A DNA stretch of 64,000 nt from an uncultured cyanobacterium (lineage in GTDB: Bacteria > Cyanobacteriota > Cyanobacteriia > PCC-9006 > JAAUQQ01), in the NCBI GenBank assembly GCA_963718615.1, contig OY970368.1:480001-544000 (forward strand), in the 5' to 3' direction. A program made the position numbers and the translations under genes. A model generated the notes under the pieces. That model ran no database searches and was not told the origin of the DNA. It worked only from the letters and a program-made list of their open reading frames with translations. Positions 30,620-41,773 of this stretch are shown piece after piece. The first letter of the stretch is position 1. Every line of letters begins with the position of its first letter.

Positions 30620-32143
30620 CTAATGACCTAAGGAGAAATATTCCACGAGGTCCGGAATAATCTGGTTGAGATTTCCTGCTCCCAGGAACAGCGCTAAGTC
30701 CTTGGATTGAAGGGTGGCCTTGAGTCGCTCTCGCACATCATCTAAGGACGGACAGTAGCGAACATTCGGATGGACTTCAGCAATGGCATCAACCAGCTTT
30801 TGTCCCCCAGCTAGTCCGGGGTCCCGCTCTCCTGCGCTGTAAATTTCACACACAATCACTTCATCCGCATCTCCAAAGCAATGGGCGAAATCATCCAGCA
30901 GGGCCTGGGTGCGGCTGAAGCGATGGGGCTGAAAAACCGCCACGATTCGCTCAGGCAGAACGGGCAAACGAGTGGTCTTGGTTTGCAACTGAAGTCGTGC
31001 TGCCGCTAGGGTGACGCTGAGCTCACTGGGATGGTGAGCGTAGTCATCGACAAAGACAATGTCCTGGGCATGGCCGCGATACTCAAACCGGCGACGGGCT
31101 CCTTCGTAGTTGGCGATCGCCGCCGCAATCACCGCAAACTCCAACCCCAAATGCCGACCCACGGCCACCGCCGCCAGGGCATTGCTCAGATTGTGGGTTC
31201 CCAGCAAATTGACCTGCAACTCTCCCAGAACCACACCGCGCTCCCAGACCCGCGCCCGAGTCCCGCTGCCGGAATAGTCGATTTTGTCGACGCTGTAGTC
31301 TGCGTTGGAGTCTTGATTGAGGCTATAGCTCAGGGTCAAGGGCATGTGCTCCCGCACATTTTTGCAGTCCACACAGCCCACCAACATCTGGCAATGGTCT
31401 GCAAACTGGCGGAAGGTCGAAATCACCTGTTCTAAACTGCTGTAGTGATCCGGGTGATCCAATTCAATATTAGTGATGACCCCCAGATAGCTGTTGAATT
31501 TGACCAGAGAACCATCAGATTCATCGGCCTCTGCCACCAAACAGTCGCTTTGGCCAAGACGGGCATTGCCCCCCAGGGCATTGACTTCGCCTCCGATCAC
31601 AACGGTTGGGTCCAACCCGGCCTGGGTCAAAAGATGGCCAATCATACCGCTGGTCGTCGTCTTACCATGGGTGCCCGCTACGGAAACACTTCGATGGGTG
31701 GACTGGATCAACGCTGCTAAAATATCTGATCGATGGAAAATCGGACAGCCCAGCTCCAGCGCTGCATTGTATTCCGGATTATCCGGATGAATCGCAGTGG
31801 AGCACACCACTTGGGGGAGGTAATCCGTATCGATCGCCTTCATCTGGGGAACCGCAACCACTGCGGTCTGCACCAGGGTCGCTGTGCCGCCGAGCTCAAA
31901 ATTTTCTGGAAAACAGGGGGGTTCAGCCACTGGCTGGAAATAGGACAAATTATCGGCATTTTGTCCCCAGAAGAGGTGGACGCCAAGCCTCTCCAATCGT
32001 TCCGTTATGTGCGATCGCCGCAGGTCCGAACCAGAGACAGGAAGCTTTCGCTCCGCTAGGACTTGAGCCAGGGCTGACATCCCAATTCCACCTACACCAA
32101 TGAAGTGAAAGGGCCTGCCGCTAAAATCGACAGCTTGCATCAT
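30620..32143 (-). CDS. murC: UDP-N-acetylmuramate--L-alanine ligase
   Basis: [40 protein letters not shown]. Confidence 0.97.
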   Translation of the reverse strand: MMQAVDFSGRPFHFIGVGGIGMSALAQVLAERKLPVSGSDLRRSHITERLERLGVHLFWGQNADNLSYFQPVAEPPCFPENFELGGTATLVQTAVVAVPQMKAIDTDYLPQVVCSTAIHPDNPEYNAALELGCPIFHRSDILAALIQSTHRSVSVAGTHGKTTTSGMIGHLLTQAGLDPTVVIGGEVNALGGNARLGQSDCLVAEADESDGSLVKFNSYLGVITNIELDHPDHYSSLEQVISTFRQFADHCQMLVGCVDCKNVREHMPLTLSYSLNQDSNADYSVDKIDYSGSGTRARVWERGVVLGELQVNLLGTHNLSNALAAVAVGRHLGLEFAVIAAAIANYEGARRRFEYRGHAQDIVFVDDYAHHPSELSVTLAAARLQLQTKTTRLPVLPERIVAVFQPHRFSRTQALLDDFAHCFGDADEVIVCEIYSAGERDPGLAGGQKLVDAIAEVHPNVRYCPSLDDVRERLKATLQSKDLALFLGAGNLNQIIPDLVEYFSLGH

Positions 32144-32898
32144 TTCTGCTCCTCGCATTACCACACCACAGCAAGGTTAAAGACAGGGTCTAGGGTTGAT
32201 TGGTTCAGCGACCTAGGTCACCGCCCGTGAAGCGACTCACTTCAATAACATTCAAAGACCTGTCTCAAGATTCTAGGAGTCGGGTGCTTCCTATTCAGGC
32301 GATATCATATCAGGGTTTGCTAAATTGCGATAATGATTCGTAACATCGCCCGAAATCGCTCTAAAGAAAGTGTTTTCGGACTTTCAGGCATCAGCAAAGA
32401 GGCTCATCTGGCTTGCCATTCTAGACATTCAACCCTGCTAGGTACCCCGAAGGAAGGGAAAGCCGTGAAGGGCAGTGGGCGAATCTGCGACCGTTTTAGA
32501 TGACTTTTTTAGATGACTTTGCTGAAACTGTTCCACTAGTCCAATGTCCGTTCCGTCCTGGTTTTCCTCCGGATAAACTAGGTTTTTCTTAAAGGAGACC
32601 TGGCAGCGCGCTGGGAAAAGCAAAACAAACAAAGAAGACCCTTGAGACTGAGCAACGGACTCAGCATGACCCGAAGGTTTGTGCTCAGATTAACGAGGGG
32701 ATCAAAAATTTGTCTTCGCTAAAATTGCTGAATCCTGACCTGCGGTTTTCCGGCAAGTTTCCGATCAGAGTACTCCTGGGACATCCTGAAAGAGCAGGGT
32801 TTTCCTCGGAAAATTCGAGTTCGCTTAACGCAGCCTTTAGGATATGATGAGTGCAATCAATAGGTATTTACACTTGTAGTTAACTGAGGGCTGACGCA

Positions 32899-33909
32899 GT
32901 GATTCGAGTCGCGATCAATGGGTTCGGGCGTATCGGGCGCAATTTTTTGCGTTGCTGGCTGGAGCGTGAAAACAGCAATCTCGATATCGTCGGGATCAAT
33001 AACACGTCTGAGCCTTCAACGGCTGCCCACTTGTTAAAATATGATTCGTTACTGGGTCGTTTAGATGCGGATATCCAAGCGGATCAGCATTCCATGACGA
33101 TCAATGGAAAAACCATTAAATGCGTTTCCGATCGCAATCCACTCAATCTGCCCTGGGGCGATTGGGACGTGGATCTAGTGATCGAATCAACCGGAGTTTT
33201 TGTGACCGAAGAGGGGGCCTCCAAGCACCTTCAAGCGGGCGCTAAGAAAATTTTGATCACAGCCCCTGGCAAAGGCAGTGGGATCGGAACCTATGTCATG
33301 GGCGTTAACCATGAACAGTTCGATCCTAATGAGAAAATCATTAGTAACGCGAGCTGCACCACAAACTGTTTAGCCCCGATTGTCAAAGTTATCCACGAAA
33401 ACTTTGGCATCATCAAAGGCACAATGACCACAACCCACAGTTACACGGGCGACCAGCGATTGCTGGATGCCAGCCACCGCGATCCGCGTCGGGCTCGGGC
33501 TGCAGCGGTCAACATTGTGCCCACAACGACCGGGGCGGCTAAGGCCGTTGCCTTGGTCATCCCTGAGATGAAGGGTCGTCTGAACGGGATCGCCCTGCGG
33601 GTTCCGACCCCTAACGTCTCTGTGGTTGATCTCGTCGTACAAGTCGAGAAGCCAACCATCACCGAACAGGTCAACGAAGCGCTTAAGAAAGCTTCTGAAA
33701 CCACGATGAAGGGTTACCTGGGCTATAACGAACTGCCCCTAGTCTCCATTGACTATCGCAAGACCAACGAATCTTCCATCGTGGATGCAAGCTTAACGCT
33801 GGTCATGGATGGAGATCTCGTGAAGGTCATCGCTTGGTACGATAACGAGTGGGGCTATAGTCAACGGGTGCTTGATTTGGCTGAGCTCGTGGCTGAAAAG
33901 TGGGCCTAG
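32899..33909 (+). CDS. gap2: NAD(P)-dependent glyceraldehyde-3-phosphate dehydrogenase (Gap2 type)
   Basis: [45 protein letters not shown]. Confidence 0.95.
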   Translation: MIRVAINGFGRIGRNFLRCWLERENSNLDIVGINNTSEPSTAAHLLKYDSLLGRLDADIQADQHSMTINGKTIKCVSDRNPLNLPWGDWDVDLVIESTGVFVTEEGASKHLQAGAKKILITAPGKGSGIGTYVMGVNHEQFDPNEKIISNASCTTNCLAPIVKVIHENFGIIKGTMTTTHSYTGDQRLLDASHRDPRRARAAAVNIVPTTTGAAKAVALVIPEMKGRLNGIALRVPTPNVSVVDLVVQVEKPTITEQVNEALKKASETTMKGYLGYNELPLVSIDYRKTNESSIVDASLTLVMDGDLVKVIAWYDNEWGYSQRVLDLAELVAEKWA

Positions 33910-33987
33910 AGCATCTCATTCTATTAGATCTCATTGCCCTAGATTTGATCGCGCATTGCTGCGACGCAGCTGCAAATTAAATACCGC

Positions 33988-34016
33988 AAGGGAGCGAATG
34001 ATCGCTCCCTTTTTTT
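33988..34016 (+). terminator. Rho-independent terminator after gap2
   Basis: AAGGGAGCGA-ATGA-TCGCTCCCTT stem followed by a T run. Confidence 0.85.
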
Positions 34017-34055
34017 CGATCTTGGCTTTTAGATCTTGGCTTAAGGGGCGTTATG

Positions 34056-35099
34056 TCAAAGGAAATGTTGGAAGCCTTGGTCTAGGGTTAAGGGGCGAGA
34101 CTGACCCCGCCCAGCTTTGTCTGGAGCGTTCTCTAGTCTTACCTCCTGGTCCGCTGTAATTTGACCGACGATCGCCAGTCCCGCCCCGCCCACCGCGCAG
34201 AGAGCTTGAGCCGATTGCGCAGGTAAACAAAACACAAGCTCAAAATCTTCCCCTCCATAGAGCGCCCAGTCGAGCGCTACCCGTTGACCCACCCAATCGG
34301 CTAACCCCTCAGGCAAGGGAATCTGGTGGGCTTGGATCCGAGCCCCAACTCCACTGGCTCGACAGAGTTGTACAACGGCATCGGCAAGGCCGTCGCTGCT
34401 ATCCATGGCGCAGCGGGGACGGCGATCGCCCAACTGTTCTAACAGCGGTATTAAATCCAAACGCGGCTGCGGATATTGATGCAGGCGGATCAGGCGCGAT
34501 CGCAATTCCGCTGGACAGGGAGGGCAAGGCACCCGTTCATCCTGCGTTTCACCCTCCGAGTGCAGCAACAGCGCCAGTCCCGCCCGCGACCCACCATGGG
34601 GACCGCTAACCACCACCCAATCGCCAGGTTGAGCTCGGTGACGATATAGCGTTGCCGTCGCTGCGACTTGACCCAGTGCCGTAATCGCTAAGCTGCGGTA
34701 AGGGGCTCGACAAACATCGCCTCCAACAATGGTCATGCCGTAGGGCGAAAGACAGTCCCAAAGACCTTGATAGACCCCTTCGACCCAGGAGATGGGACAG
34801 GTAGGCGGCAGCGATAAACCCACCGTAATGCCAGTGCCGGTAGCCCCCATGGCGGCCAGATCCGAGAGGTTAGCGGCGGCAGCACGCCAGCCGATGGCGT
34901 GGGGGGTGGTGGTGCGATCGCTAAAATGCACCCCTTCCACCAACACATCCGTGGTCACCACCCAGGACCGATCTGGCTCCGGTCTTAACACGGCTGCATC
35001 ATCACCCATCAGATCGGACGGGCAAAAAGACTGGAGCAGGGCCAATAGACCCTGCTCCCCCAAATCGGCGACGGTTAGTGGGGATGGTTCCTCTCTCAC
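34056..35099 (-). CDS. thiL: thiamine-monophosphate kinase
   Basis: GDDAAV, TDVLVEGVHF, NLSDLAAMG, GGD, DSSDGL, GGEDFEL. Confidence 0.96.
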   Translation of the reverse strand: MREEPSPLTVADLGEQGLLALLQSFCPSDLMGDDAAVLRPEPDRSWVVTTDVLVEGVHFSDRTTTPHAIGWRAAAANLSDLAAMGATGTGITVGLSLPPTCPISWVEGVYQGLWDCLSPYGMTIVGGDVCRAPYRSLAITALGQVAATATLYRHRAQPGDWVVVSGPHGGSRAGLALLLHSEGETQDERVPCPPCPAELRSRLIRLHQYPQPRLDLIPLLEQLGDRRPRCAMDSSDGLADAVVQLCRASGVGARIQAHQIPLPEGLADWVGQRVALDWALYGGEDFELVFCLPAQSAQALCAVGGAGLAIVGQITADQEVRLENAPDKAGRGQSRPLTLDQGFQHFL

Positions 35100-35167
35100 T
35101 CAGCGTCCCACGCTTAACATTTCACTTTTAACATTTCACGCTTAATGTCTCACCTAGCTGGGCTGCA

Positions 35168-36364
35168 CTAGCTGGGCTGCACCAAATTTTCGGCTCCGTC
35201 GAGCACCCGTGCTTTGACAATCTTGTCCGCCTGGGTCAGTTCCTTCAGGACCGATTTGCCCTCAATTGTGTAACCAAAGGCGGCATAGCGTCCATCAATC
35301 AAATTGAGGCCCGCTGGGGTCATTTCGGGTTCAAAGAGGAAGAAGAAAAATTGGGAAGACCCTAAGTTCTCACTGTCATGGGCCATCCCTACGGTGCCAT
35401 AGGCAGAAAACGGCAGCGCAGGCAGAGCATTGAATAGCCCCAGATCCTCCAGCATTTCTCCGTAAACCGGTTCCTCATCGCCATCAACACGAATCTCCAG
35501 CGGAATCATCCGAGGCGCTTTCGTTTTGGGATCGATAAAGCCCTCTGCGGGTCCCGGCGGATCACCAACCTGGAGAACATAGGATTCATCCGCACGGGTA
35601 AAGGGCAGTCCATCATAAAAGCCCCGCTGGACCAAATCTACGAAGTTCCCCGCCGTCACGGGGGCATTGTAACCATCCACCCTGATCGTCAGTGGCCCCT
35701 GGGTCGTCTCCAGTTCTACGGTGGCTCGCCCCTTGAGTTGAGGCAAATTCTGGTAGTCTGCGGGCACTTCAAAGGGGAATGCTCCAACCATCTGTTCTTC
35801 AACGTCGCCCACGAGATTGAGAACTTTGCGGCGTTCAGTCCAGGACTGTTCACGGTTTTCGTTTTCAACCGCCTCACCTAGGCTAACCAGTTCCTGTTCT
35901 AGGCTTGCCAGCAGTGGCGTCACGCGGTCCACCTGAACCGCTGGCGTGGCGGCGAGAATGGCTTCGCGCTTGCTCGTCAGCGTCGTTGTCGCCTTTTGAG
36001 CCTGTTTGCGCAGGGCTCCCCAGCGACGCGCCCGCAGATTATTGGACATCTCCTCGATGTCCTTTTGAAGCGATCGCATCTCAGAAGACTCCAGGGGAAG
36101 GGCATAGCGCAACAGCGCCCGTCCATCCGTAATGGCATTGCCAGGGGGCAGATTGGCCGCAGCGGGCTGCGGTTGACCGAGGAGAAACCCAACCACAAGC
36201 AGGCTACAAATCCCTACCTGAGCGGGGCGCAGGCGCTTGAATCCTGCCCAGAGCTGACTCAAACCGGAAACGACGCGAAGGACAAGGGACATGAAAGATT
36301 TAGAAATGCTCATCTCCTCCATAGTGCCATAGCATCTGGGAGGATAGACCACTCTATAAAACAT
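35168..36364 (-). CDS. cyclophilin-type peptidylprolyl isomerase (CYP38/TLP40-like)
   Basis: LPPGNAITDGRALLRYALP, DGYNAPVTAGNF, GSSQFFFF; signal peptide; true start probably downstream of 36364. Confidence 0.9.
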   Translation of the reverse strand: MFYRVVYPPRCYGTMEEMSISKSFMSLVLRVVSGLSQLWAGFKRLRPAQVGICSLLVVGFLLGQPQPAAANLPPGNAITDGRALLRYALPLESSEMRSLQKDIEEMSNNLRARRWGALRKQAQKATTTLTSKREAILAATPAVQVDRVTPLLASLEQELVSLGEAVENENREQSWTERRKVLNLVGDVEEQMVGAFPFEVPADYQNLPQLKGRATVELETTQGPLTIRVDGYNAPVTAGNFVDLVQRGFYDGLPFTRADESYVLQVGDPPGPAEGFIDPKTKAPRMIPLEIRVDGDEEPVYGEMLEDLGLFNALPALPFSAYGTVGMAHDSENLGSSQFFFFLFEPEMTPAGLNLIDGRYAAFGYTIEGKSVLKELTQADKIVKARVLDGAENLVQPS

Positions 36365-36501
36365 CCCACCGAGCGGTAAAATGTAGTGCCGATTGTGTCA
36401 TGCTGCTTGGCGCTGCTAAGGGCATCCGCACTAGGCTAGCCCCCTGACCGCTTCTCGGCGACGTTTCTGCAAAACTCGTATTCTCCGCAAGTTTAAGGCT
36501 C

Positions 36502-37065
36502 ATGATTTCAAGCAACGATTTTCGCACCGGCACCACGATCGAGTTGGACGGTTCCGTTTGGCGCGTGGTCGAGTTTTTGCACGTTAAGCCGGGAAAAGGC
36601 TCGGCGTTTGTTCGAACTAAGCTCAAAAATGCTCAGTCGGGCAGCGTTGTAGAGAAAACGTTCCGCGCGGGTGAAATGGTCCCCCAAGCGGTGATCGAAA
36701 AACGGGTGATGCAGCACACCTATAAAGAAGGCGAAGAGTTTGTCTTCATGGATATGGAAACCTATGAAGAAGCTCGGCTGGATGCGAAGCAAATTGGCGA
36801 TCGCGTCAAATACCTCAAAGAAGAAATGGAAGTCAGCGTCGTCAGTTGGAACGACCAGGTGATTGACGTGGACCTGCCCAACTCGGTGGTTTTGGAAGTA
36901 ACGGAAACGGACCCCGGTGTTAAGGGTGACACGGCGACCGGTGGCACCAAGCCCGCCATCGTTGAGACAGGCGCTCAGGTGATGGTGCCGCTTTTCATTA
37001 CGGTGGGCGAGCGAATCAAAGTCGATACCCGCAGCGATGCCTATTTGGGTCGCGAGAATAACTAA
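36502..37065 (+). CDS. efp: elongation factor P
   Basis: [30 protein letters not shown]. Confidence 0.99.
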   Translation: MISSNDFRTGTTIELDGSVWRVVEFLHVKPGKGSAFVRTKLKNAQSGSVVEKTFRAGEMVPQAVIEKRVMQHTYKEGEEFVFMDMETYEEARLDAKQIGDRVKYLKEEMEVSVVSWNDQVIDVDLPNSVVLEVTETDPGVKGDTATGGTKPAIVETGAQVMVPLFITVGERIKVDTRSDAYLGRENN

Positions 37066-37138
37066 GCGGACCTGTGTTTGTTTCGTTTGCGATCGCCCAG
37101 GGCGCGATTGTTTTTACCAAAACCTAGGGTATCCAACT

Positions 37139-37648
37139 GTGCAATTAGACCTGAACCAAATCCGAGACCTGCTCGTTTCCCTCGACCAAACGGATATTTC
37201 CGAGTTCACCCTCAAGGGCGAGAATTTTGAGATGGTGGTGCGGCGTGGTGCATCGCCCGATGTATCCCTGGCAGCGGTGCCGCCAATGGCTGCTGCTGCG
37301 CCGCTGGTTTCGGCTCCCGTTCCGGCGGCAGTTCCGGCGGCGGCGATCGTTGCTCCTCCGGTCGCGCCTCCATCCGCCCCTGAGCCGGTCGCGCCGCCGG
37401 GAAATTCCAATTGGCTGGAGATTAAGTCTCCGATGGTAGGCACATTTTATACGGCACCGGCACCGGGAGAGTCTGCGTTTGTGGCGGTGGGCGATCGCAT
37501 CAAAATCGGCCAAACCGTTTGCATTCTCGAAGCTATGAAGCTGATGAACGAGCTGGAATCGGAAGTGGAAGGCCAAGTCGTCGAGATTTTGGTAGAGAAT
37601 GGCCAGCCGGTGGAATTTGACCAACCGTTGATGCGGGTTGCGCCCTAG
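37139..37648 (+). CDS. accB: acetyl-CoA carboxylase biotin carboxyl carrier protein
   Basis: Ala/Pro linker, SPMVGTFY, EAMKLMNE biotinylation motif; GTG start at 37139. Confidence 0.97.
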   Translation: MQLDLNQIRDLLVSLDQTDISEFTLKGENFEMVVRRGASPDVSLAAVPPMAAAAPLVSAPVPAAVPAAAIVAPPVAPPSAPEPVAPPGNSNWLEIKSPMVGTFYTAPAPGESAFVAVGDRIKIGQTVCILEAMKLMNELESEVEGQVVEILVENGQPVEFDQPLMRVAP

Positions 37649-38553
37649 TGAACCGGAGCGGCCTCAGGTCCTGGACAGCGGCGTGGCTGAGCTTCGCCGC
37701 TGTTATTTTGCTGGTTTTGTTAGTTTTTTGGGTTTTACTGGGAGGGTTTGGGGGGCCGGGAATTCGCGCGGCGGTGGGACAAGCGCCGACCGTTACCTCA
37801 CGACCCACTGCTCTGGTGTTTTATCCCGCTGAACAGCTTTTTAACCGTCGGACCCAGCAGTGGCTGGCGGATTTTGCACCGCTAACGGAATTGCTCGAAT
37901 CGGTCAATCGGCTCCCTAGTCTGGCTCGCCCTCTGACGCTGGTGGTGAGGGAGTGCCAGCAGCCGCGACTCACCTATGACGCAGCCTCGCGGCAAATTTC
38001 GCTTTGCTATGGCGTTTTGGCCTATCTGGCCAATCAGTTTGATCACTTGGCCGCCTCTCCCCGTGAACGGCAGTTGGGGGTGTTGGATTCCACCTATGTT
38101 TTGCTAGAGCGGCAGATCGCTCAGATTTTGCTGTCGGATTTATCGGCGTCCGGGGCATGGCAGGCTGGGGGGAAGGCTGGTGGTGGAAAGTCTGGAGGGG
38201 ATGAGGCGATCGCCCTGGATGAACTCACCGCTGTCTTGCCTGCGGTTTTACATCAGTCCCGACAAACAGTGGTGCTTTCGGGCACCCAGTGGCTGTTTAA
38301 CCAGGGTCATCCCCTGGGGCTGTTGCAGGGGCTAGCCACCTTGCAAATGCCTGAGCTGACCCTGGCTAATTACAATCGCCTCATTTGTGCGGCCTACGGT
38401 AGCCATCCGGCGCTGTTTCCATTCTTAGCCTCCGAGGTGCCGCAGCCGACCCAGTTGAATCCTTGTCCAGACATTGCCAGAACTCAGATTCAACATTGGA
38501 CAGACTTACTTCAGCCAGCGTCCCAAGCGGTCCGAAAGCGCGCAACCACTTGA
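37648..38553 (+). CDS. exported DUF4344-like protein with a degenerate metallopeptidase motif
   Basis: N-terminal TM; RECQQ..YD...QISLCY and LICAAYGSHP resemble DUF4344, but there is no HExxH. Confidence 0.55.
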   Translation: MNRSGLRSWTAAWLSFAAVILLVLLVFWVLLGGFGGPGIRAAVGQAPTVTSRPTALVFYPAEQLFNRRTQQWLADFAPLTELLESVNRLPSLARPLTLVVRECQQPRLTYDAASRQISLCYGVLAYLANQFDHLAASPRERQLGVLDSTYVLLERQIAQILLSDLSASGAWQAGGKAGGGKSGGDEAIALDELTAVLPAVLHQSRQTVVLSGTQWLFNQGHPLGLLQGLATLQMPELTLANYNRLICAAYGSHPALFPFLASEVPQPTQLNPCPDIARTQIQHWTDLLQPASQAVRKRATT

Positions 38554-39956
38554 TCCAGGGCCACGGCACGGGATGCTTTGAACAGAAGGCGATCGCCCGG
38601 TTGCACCTGCTCTACCAATTGAGTCACCAATGGATCGGCAGCATTAAAGATCTGGGTGGGGATTGACCCAGCACCCTGGGCTAGGGCGGTCGCTTCGGCA
38701 GGGTCTGCCAAGATCATTAGCCCATCTAGCTTGAGCGCCGCCGCCCGTTCTCCCACCTGCTGATGAAATTCGAGGGAGCGATCGCCCAATTCCTTCATCG
38801 TCCCCAGCACCGCAATCCGACGTTGCCCCGGTGTATCGGCCAGGAGCTGCAGTGCCGCCTGCATGGATTCTAGGCCCGCATTGTAGGTCTCATCTAAAAT
38901 CACCACATCCCGCGCCAGGTCATAGCGTTGCGCCCGTCCCCCCGGCAGCGTCAGCTTGAGCTGGCGGAGGTTTTGCCAATCAATCCCCAACACCTGAGCC
39001 ACCGCTAGCGCTGCCAAAAAATTGAGCGCATTATGCCGACCGGGCAACGGCAGATCAAACCCGATCTCACCCACCTGGAGCCGTCCAGCGGAGCCCATCG
39101 GCGTCTTGGGGTCCGACAACTTGGGGTCCGACAACAGTGTTCCGTGAATATCCCCCCCTTCCAGTCCAAAGGTCAGTATTTTCCCAGACCAGACTTGGGT
39201 TGCGGTATTGATCAAGCGCTCGTTGTCATAGTTGAGAATGGCAACGCCATCGGGTCGGGTATGTCGGAAGAGTTCGCACTTGGCCTCGGCGATCGCCTGC
39301 TCCGACCCCAATCGTTCAATATGGGCTGTTCCCACATTGGTAATCACCGCGATATCCGGTTCAGCAATTTTCGACAGCAGCTCAATTTCGCCCCGTCCCC
39401 GCATTCCCATCTCAACCACGGCAAACTGATGCTCGTCGCGCAATTCCAATAGCGTCTTGGGCACCCCAATCTCATTGTTGTAATTGGCTTGGGTTTTCAG
39501 TACAGGTCCCTGGGTTTCAAGTACCGCCGCGATTAATTCTTTTGTCGTTGTTTTGCCGACAGACCCTGTAATCGCAACGACGGGGCGTTGAAATTGCTGC
39601 CGCCAAAAATGACCCATTTGTTGATAGGCCACGAGGGTATCAGGTACTTGTAGGAGTATAAAATCTGACTGACTCAAAAGATCGATGCTGGGTTGATATT
39701 GGCTATCGACCATGGCTGCGATCGCCCCCTGTTGTCGAGCCCGTTCTACAAAATCATGGCCATCAAAGCGATCGCCCCGCAGCGCCACAAATAAATCTCC
39801 CGGTCCCAGGCTCCGACTATCCGTTGAGATTTGCCGAATAACGCACCCATCCGCCCGATCCGAGGGAATTGGCGGGTGCGATGTGGCTTGTAATACCGAT
39901 ACTAAATTCGCCAGAGTGAGAGGATGCATCATACAGGTATCGACAGGTATCGTCAA
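38511..39956 (-). CDS. murF: UDP-N-acetylmuramoyl-tripeptide--D-alanyl-D-alanine ligase
   Basis: TDSR, DGHDF, TGSVGKTTTKE, NYNNEIG, EMGM, ETYNA, GTMKELG, KASR. Confidence 0.97.
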   Translation of the reverse strand: MTIPVDTCMMHPLTLANLVSVLQATSHPPIPSDRADGCVIRQISTDSRSLGPGDLFVALRGDRFDGHDFVERARQQGAIAAMVDSQYQPSIDLLSQSDFILLQVPDTLVAYQQMGHFWRQQFQRPVVAITGSVGKTTTKELIAAVLETQGPVLKTQANYNNEIGVPKTLLELRDEHQFAVVEMGMRGRGEIELLSKIAEPDIAVITNVGTAHIERLGSEQAIAEAKCELFRHTRPDGVAILNYDNERLINTATQVWSGKILTFGLEGGDIHGTLLSDPKLSDPKTPMGSAGRLQVGEIGFDLPLPGRHNALNFLAALAVAQVLGIDWQNLRQLKLTLPGGRAQRYDLARDVVILDETYNAGLESMQAALQLLADTPGQRRIAVLGTMKELGDRSLEFHQQVGERAAALKLDGLMILADPAEATALAQGAGSIPTQIFNAADPLVTQLVEQVQPGDRLLFKASRAVALDQVVARFRTAWDAG

Positions 39957-40371
39957 AAAAGTGGAGAACAGGCTAGGAAAAAGCTAGGAAAAGCCAAGGA
40001 AAGCTGCGACAAAAGCGCAGAAATCTTGGGCAGCGGCAAACAAGAATCAGTCTAAAATTACGGATTCTTAAGAAGAAAATTTATCAGTTCTCCAAAAACC
40101 TGTGTTTCATATTAAGAGCTGCTGAAGATTTGTATGCCGTACAGAACTGAATCATAGGAGGTGTATATGGTGGTATGAAGTCTGTTTGTTTTGCCCCCCA
40201 GCCCGCTTCGCCTTGCCCGATTCCTGGGCTTCCTGTGGGACCTAAGCGGTCCTTCGTTTAGAGTCTTCCGTTTAGATTACTTCTTAGATTGTTTCCAACG
40301 GACGTTATGCTAGAAATAGCTGTTTTGTCTGTTGCGATTTGGTATAAAACCGCTCACCTCGGAAAAACATT

Positions 40372-41715
40372 ATGGCGGTTGAGTTTGCTCTCGATACTGG
40401 CCCTCATCGTGCGACCATGGGTGTACTAGACACAGATAGCGGTTACAACAGTCGACAGATTAGTCCTGAAGAACAACAGGTCTATAACTATTTTTTGCGA
40501 CTCGTTGAGGAAACCTCCCCTGAGGAATCCATCCATCATTTTCGTCGGCTGTTGATTGAAGGCGCGGGCTGTCAAGACAGGGAGGTGACTCAGGCGGTAG
40601 AGCGACTCATCCGCTATGGCTCTGCTGAGACTGACTTTGTGTTTCTGCTCAACCGTTGCTGTCATATTTTGATCAACCGTTGGCATTTAAATCTCCGCAG
40701 TACCGGTGCAATTCCGGACTTAATCCGACAGTTTGAAAGCTTACCCAGTCCCTATGGGATGGCAGGGGCGCGATCGCGATCGGCTCACCGTCTCCGAGGG
40801 CTGGTGAAGGGCTTCACCGCGAGCGAACAATATCTCACGCTCCAACGACTCTTACAGGTGGTAGAACAGGCCGCTGAAGGCCAGGACCTAGAAGGGGAAC
40901 GACCGCTTGGGGGATTGATTCATCGCTATCCCTACCTCTATGAGCATTATTTGCTCGATGAATCCAGCACTAACGAGCAGCAGCTCACCATCCAGCGACT
41001 GCAAGCTCAGCATCAGCGACGGTTTGAGCTCGACCTCTCCCAGTACGTTCTCTACCAAGTGCGCTGTGCTCGCGCCTCTCGACAAGGCCCAGAGCAGCTC
41101 ACCCAACTGCAAAAGCGGATGCAGAGCGTGAGCAATCCCACACTGCTGACTAATCCGGACTTGGCCACAGCGGTTAAGCATTTTACCGGCAAGATCGAAG
41201 CGGGCAAAACCTACCGAGACTTAGCCCGAACCTTCAAAGCTCACAGCACCTATGGGCCGACCTATGGCCAGTTCAAGCGCGACCTCTACCAATATCTCGT
41301 GTCTTCGGTGGAACCCGGTTATGGCAGTCGGCGGTTCAATCCCCAGCTTTGTAACTATTTGCAACGTACATTTGCCGATCTGGATCAAAAGCCCTTAAGT
41401 GACTTTTTAATGGTTCGGACCTGTGGTCAACTGCTGAACTTTTTAGTGGTGGAAAGTTCTAACCGGATTGAGCATTTTACCTTTGTCGATTTAATTGGGA
41501 ATTTAGGGGCCACGTTAACCACGGGGCTTTTGCTTAAGATCCTCTTGCTCTGCTCCAAGGTCAAACCTCACCTGGAAAAACGCCTCGCCATCCTGTTTAA
41601 CCATTACGAAGGGGCGACACGCCACTCGGTTCAATGGTTGGTGCAAATCCTCGAAAATCTCAACGTGGCCTTCAGTACTAATTTTGGCAATGCCAATCTG
41701 ACGCTGGTCGTCTAG
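40372..41715 (+). CDS. conserved cyanobacterial hypothetical protein (alpha-helical)
   Basis: 447-aa ORF with motifs LNRCCHILINRW, RYPYLYEH, NPTLL, RTCGQLLNFLVVE; I recognise no function. Confidence 0.8.
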   Translation: MAVEFALDTGPHRATMGVLDTDSGYNSRQISPEEQQVYNYFLRLVEETSPEESIHHFRRLLIEGAGCQDREVTQAVERLIRYGSAETDFVFLLNRCCHILINRWHLNLRSTGAIPDLIRQFESLPSPYGMAGARSRSAHRLRGLVKGFTASEQYLTLQRLLQVVEQAAEGQDLEGERPLGGLIHRYPYLYEHYLLDESSTNEQQLTIQRLQAQHQRRFELDLSQYVLYQVRCARASRQGPEQLTQLQKRMQSVSNPTLLTNPDLATAVKHFTGKIEAGKTYRDLARTFKAHSTYGPTYGQFKRDLYQYLVSSVEPGYGSRRFNPQLCNYLQRTFADLDQKPLSDFLMVRTCGQLLNFLVVESSNRIEHFTFVDLIGNLGATLTTGLLLKILLLCSKVKPHLEKRLAILFNHYEGATRHSVQWLVQILENLNVAFSTNFGNANLTLVV

Positions 41716-41773
41716 GGGATTCGGTAGCGGAGATTCGTTAGCATAGAAGCATCCCTGTCCGGTTTTACTTACC

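Noticed and set aside
31830-31935. Insertion in the MurC N-terminal domain as a possible intein
   Set aside because: About 35 aa with no intein terminal motifs; variable inserts at this site are usual in cyanobacterial MurC.
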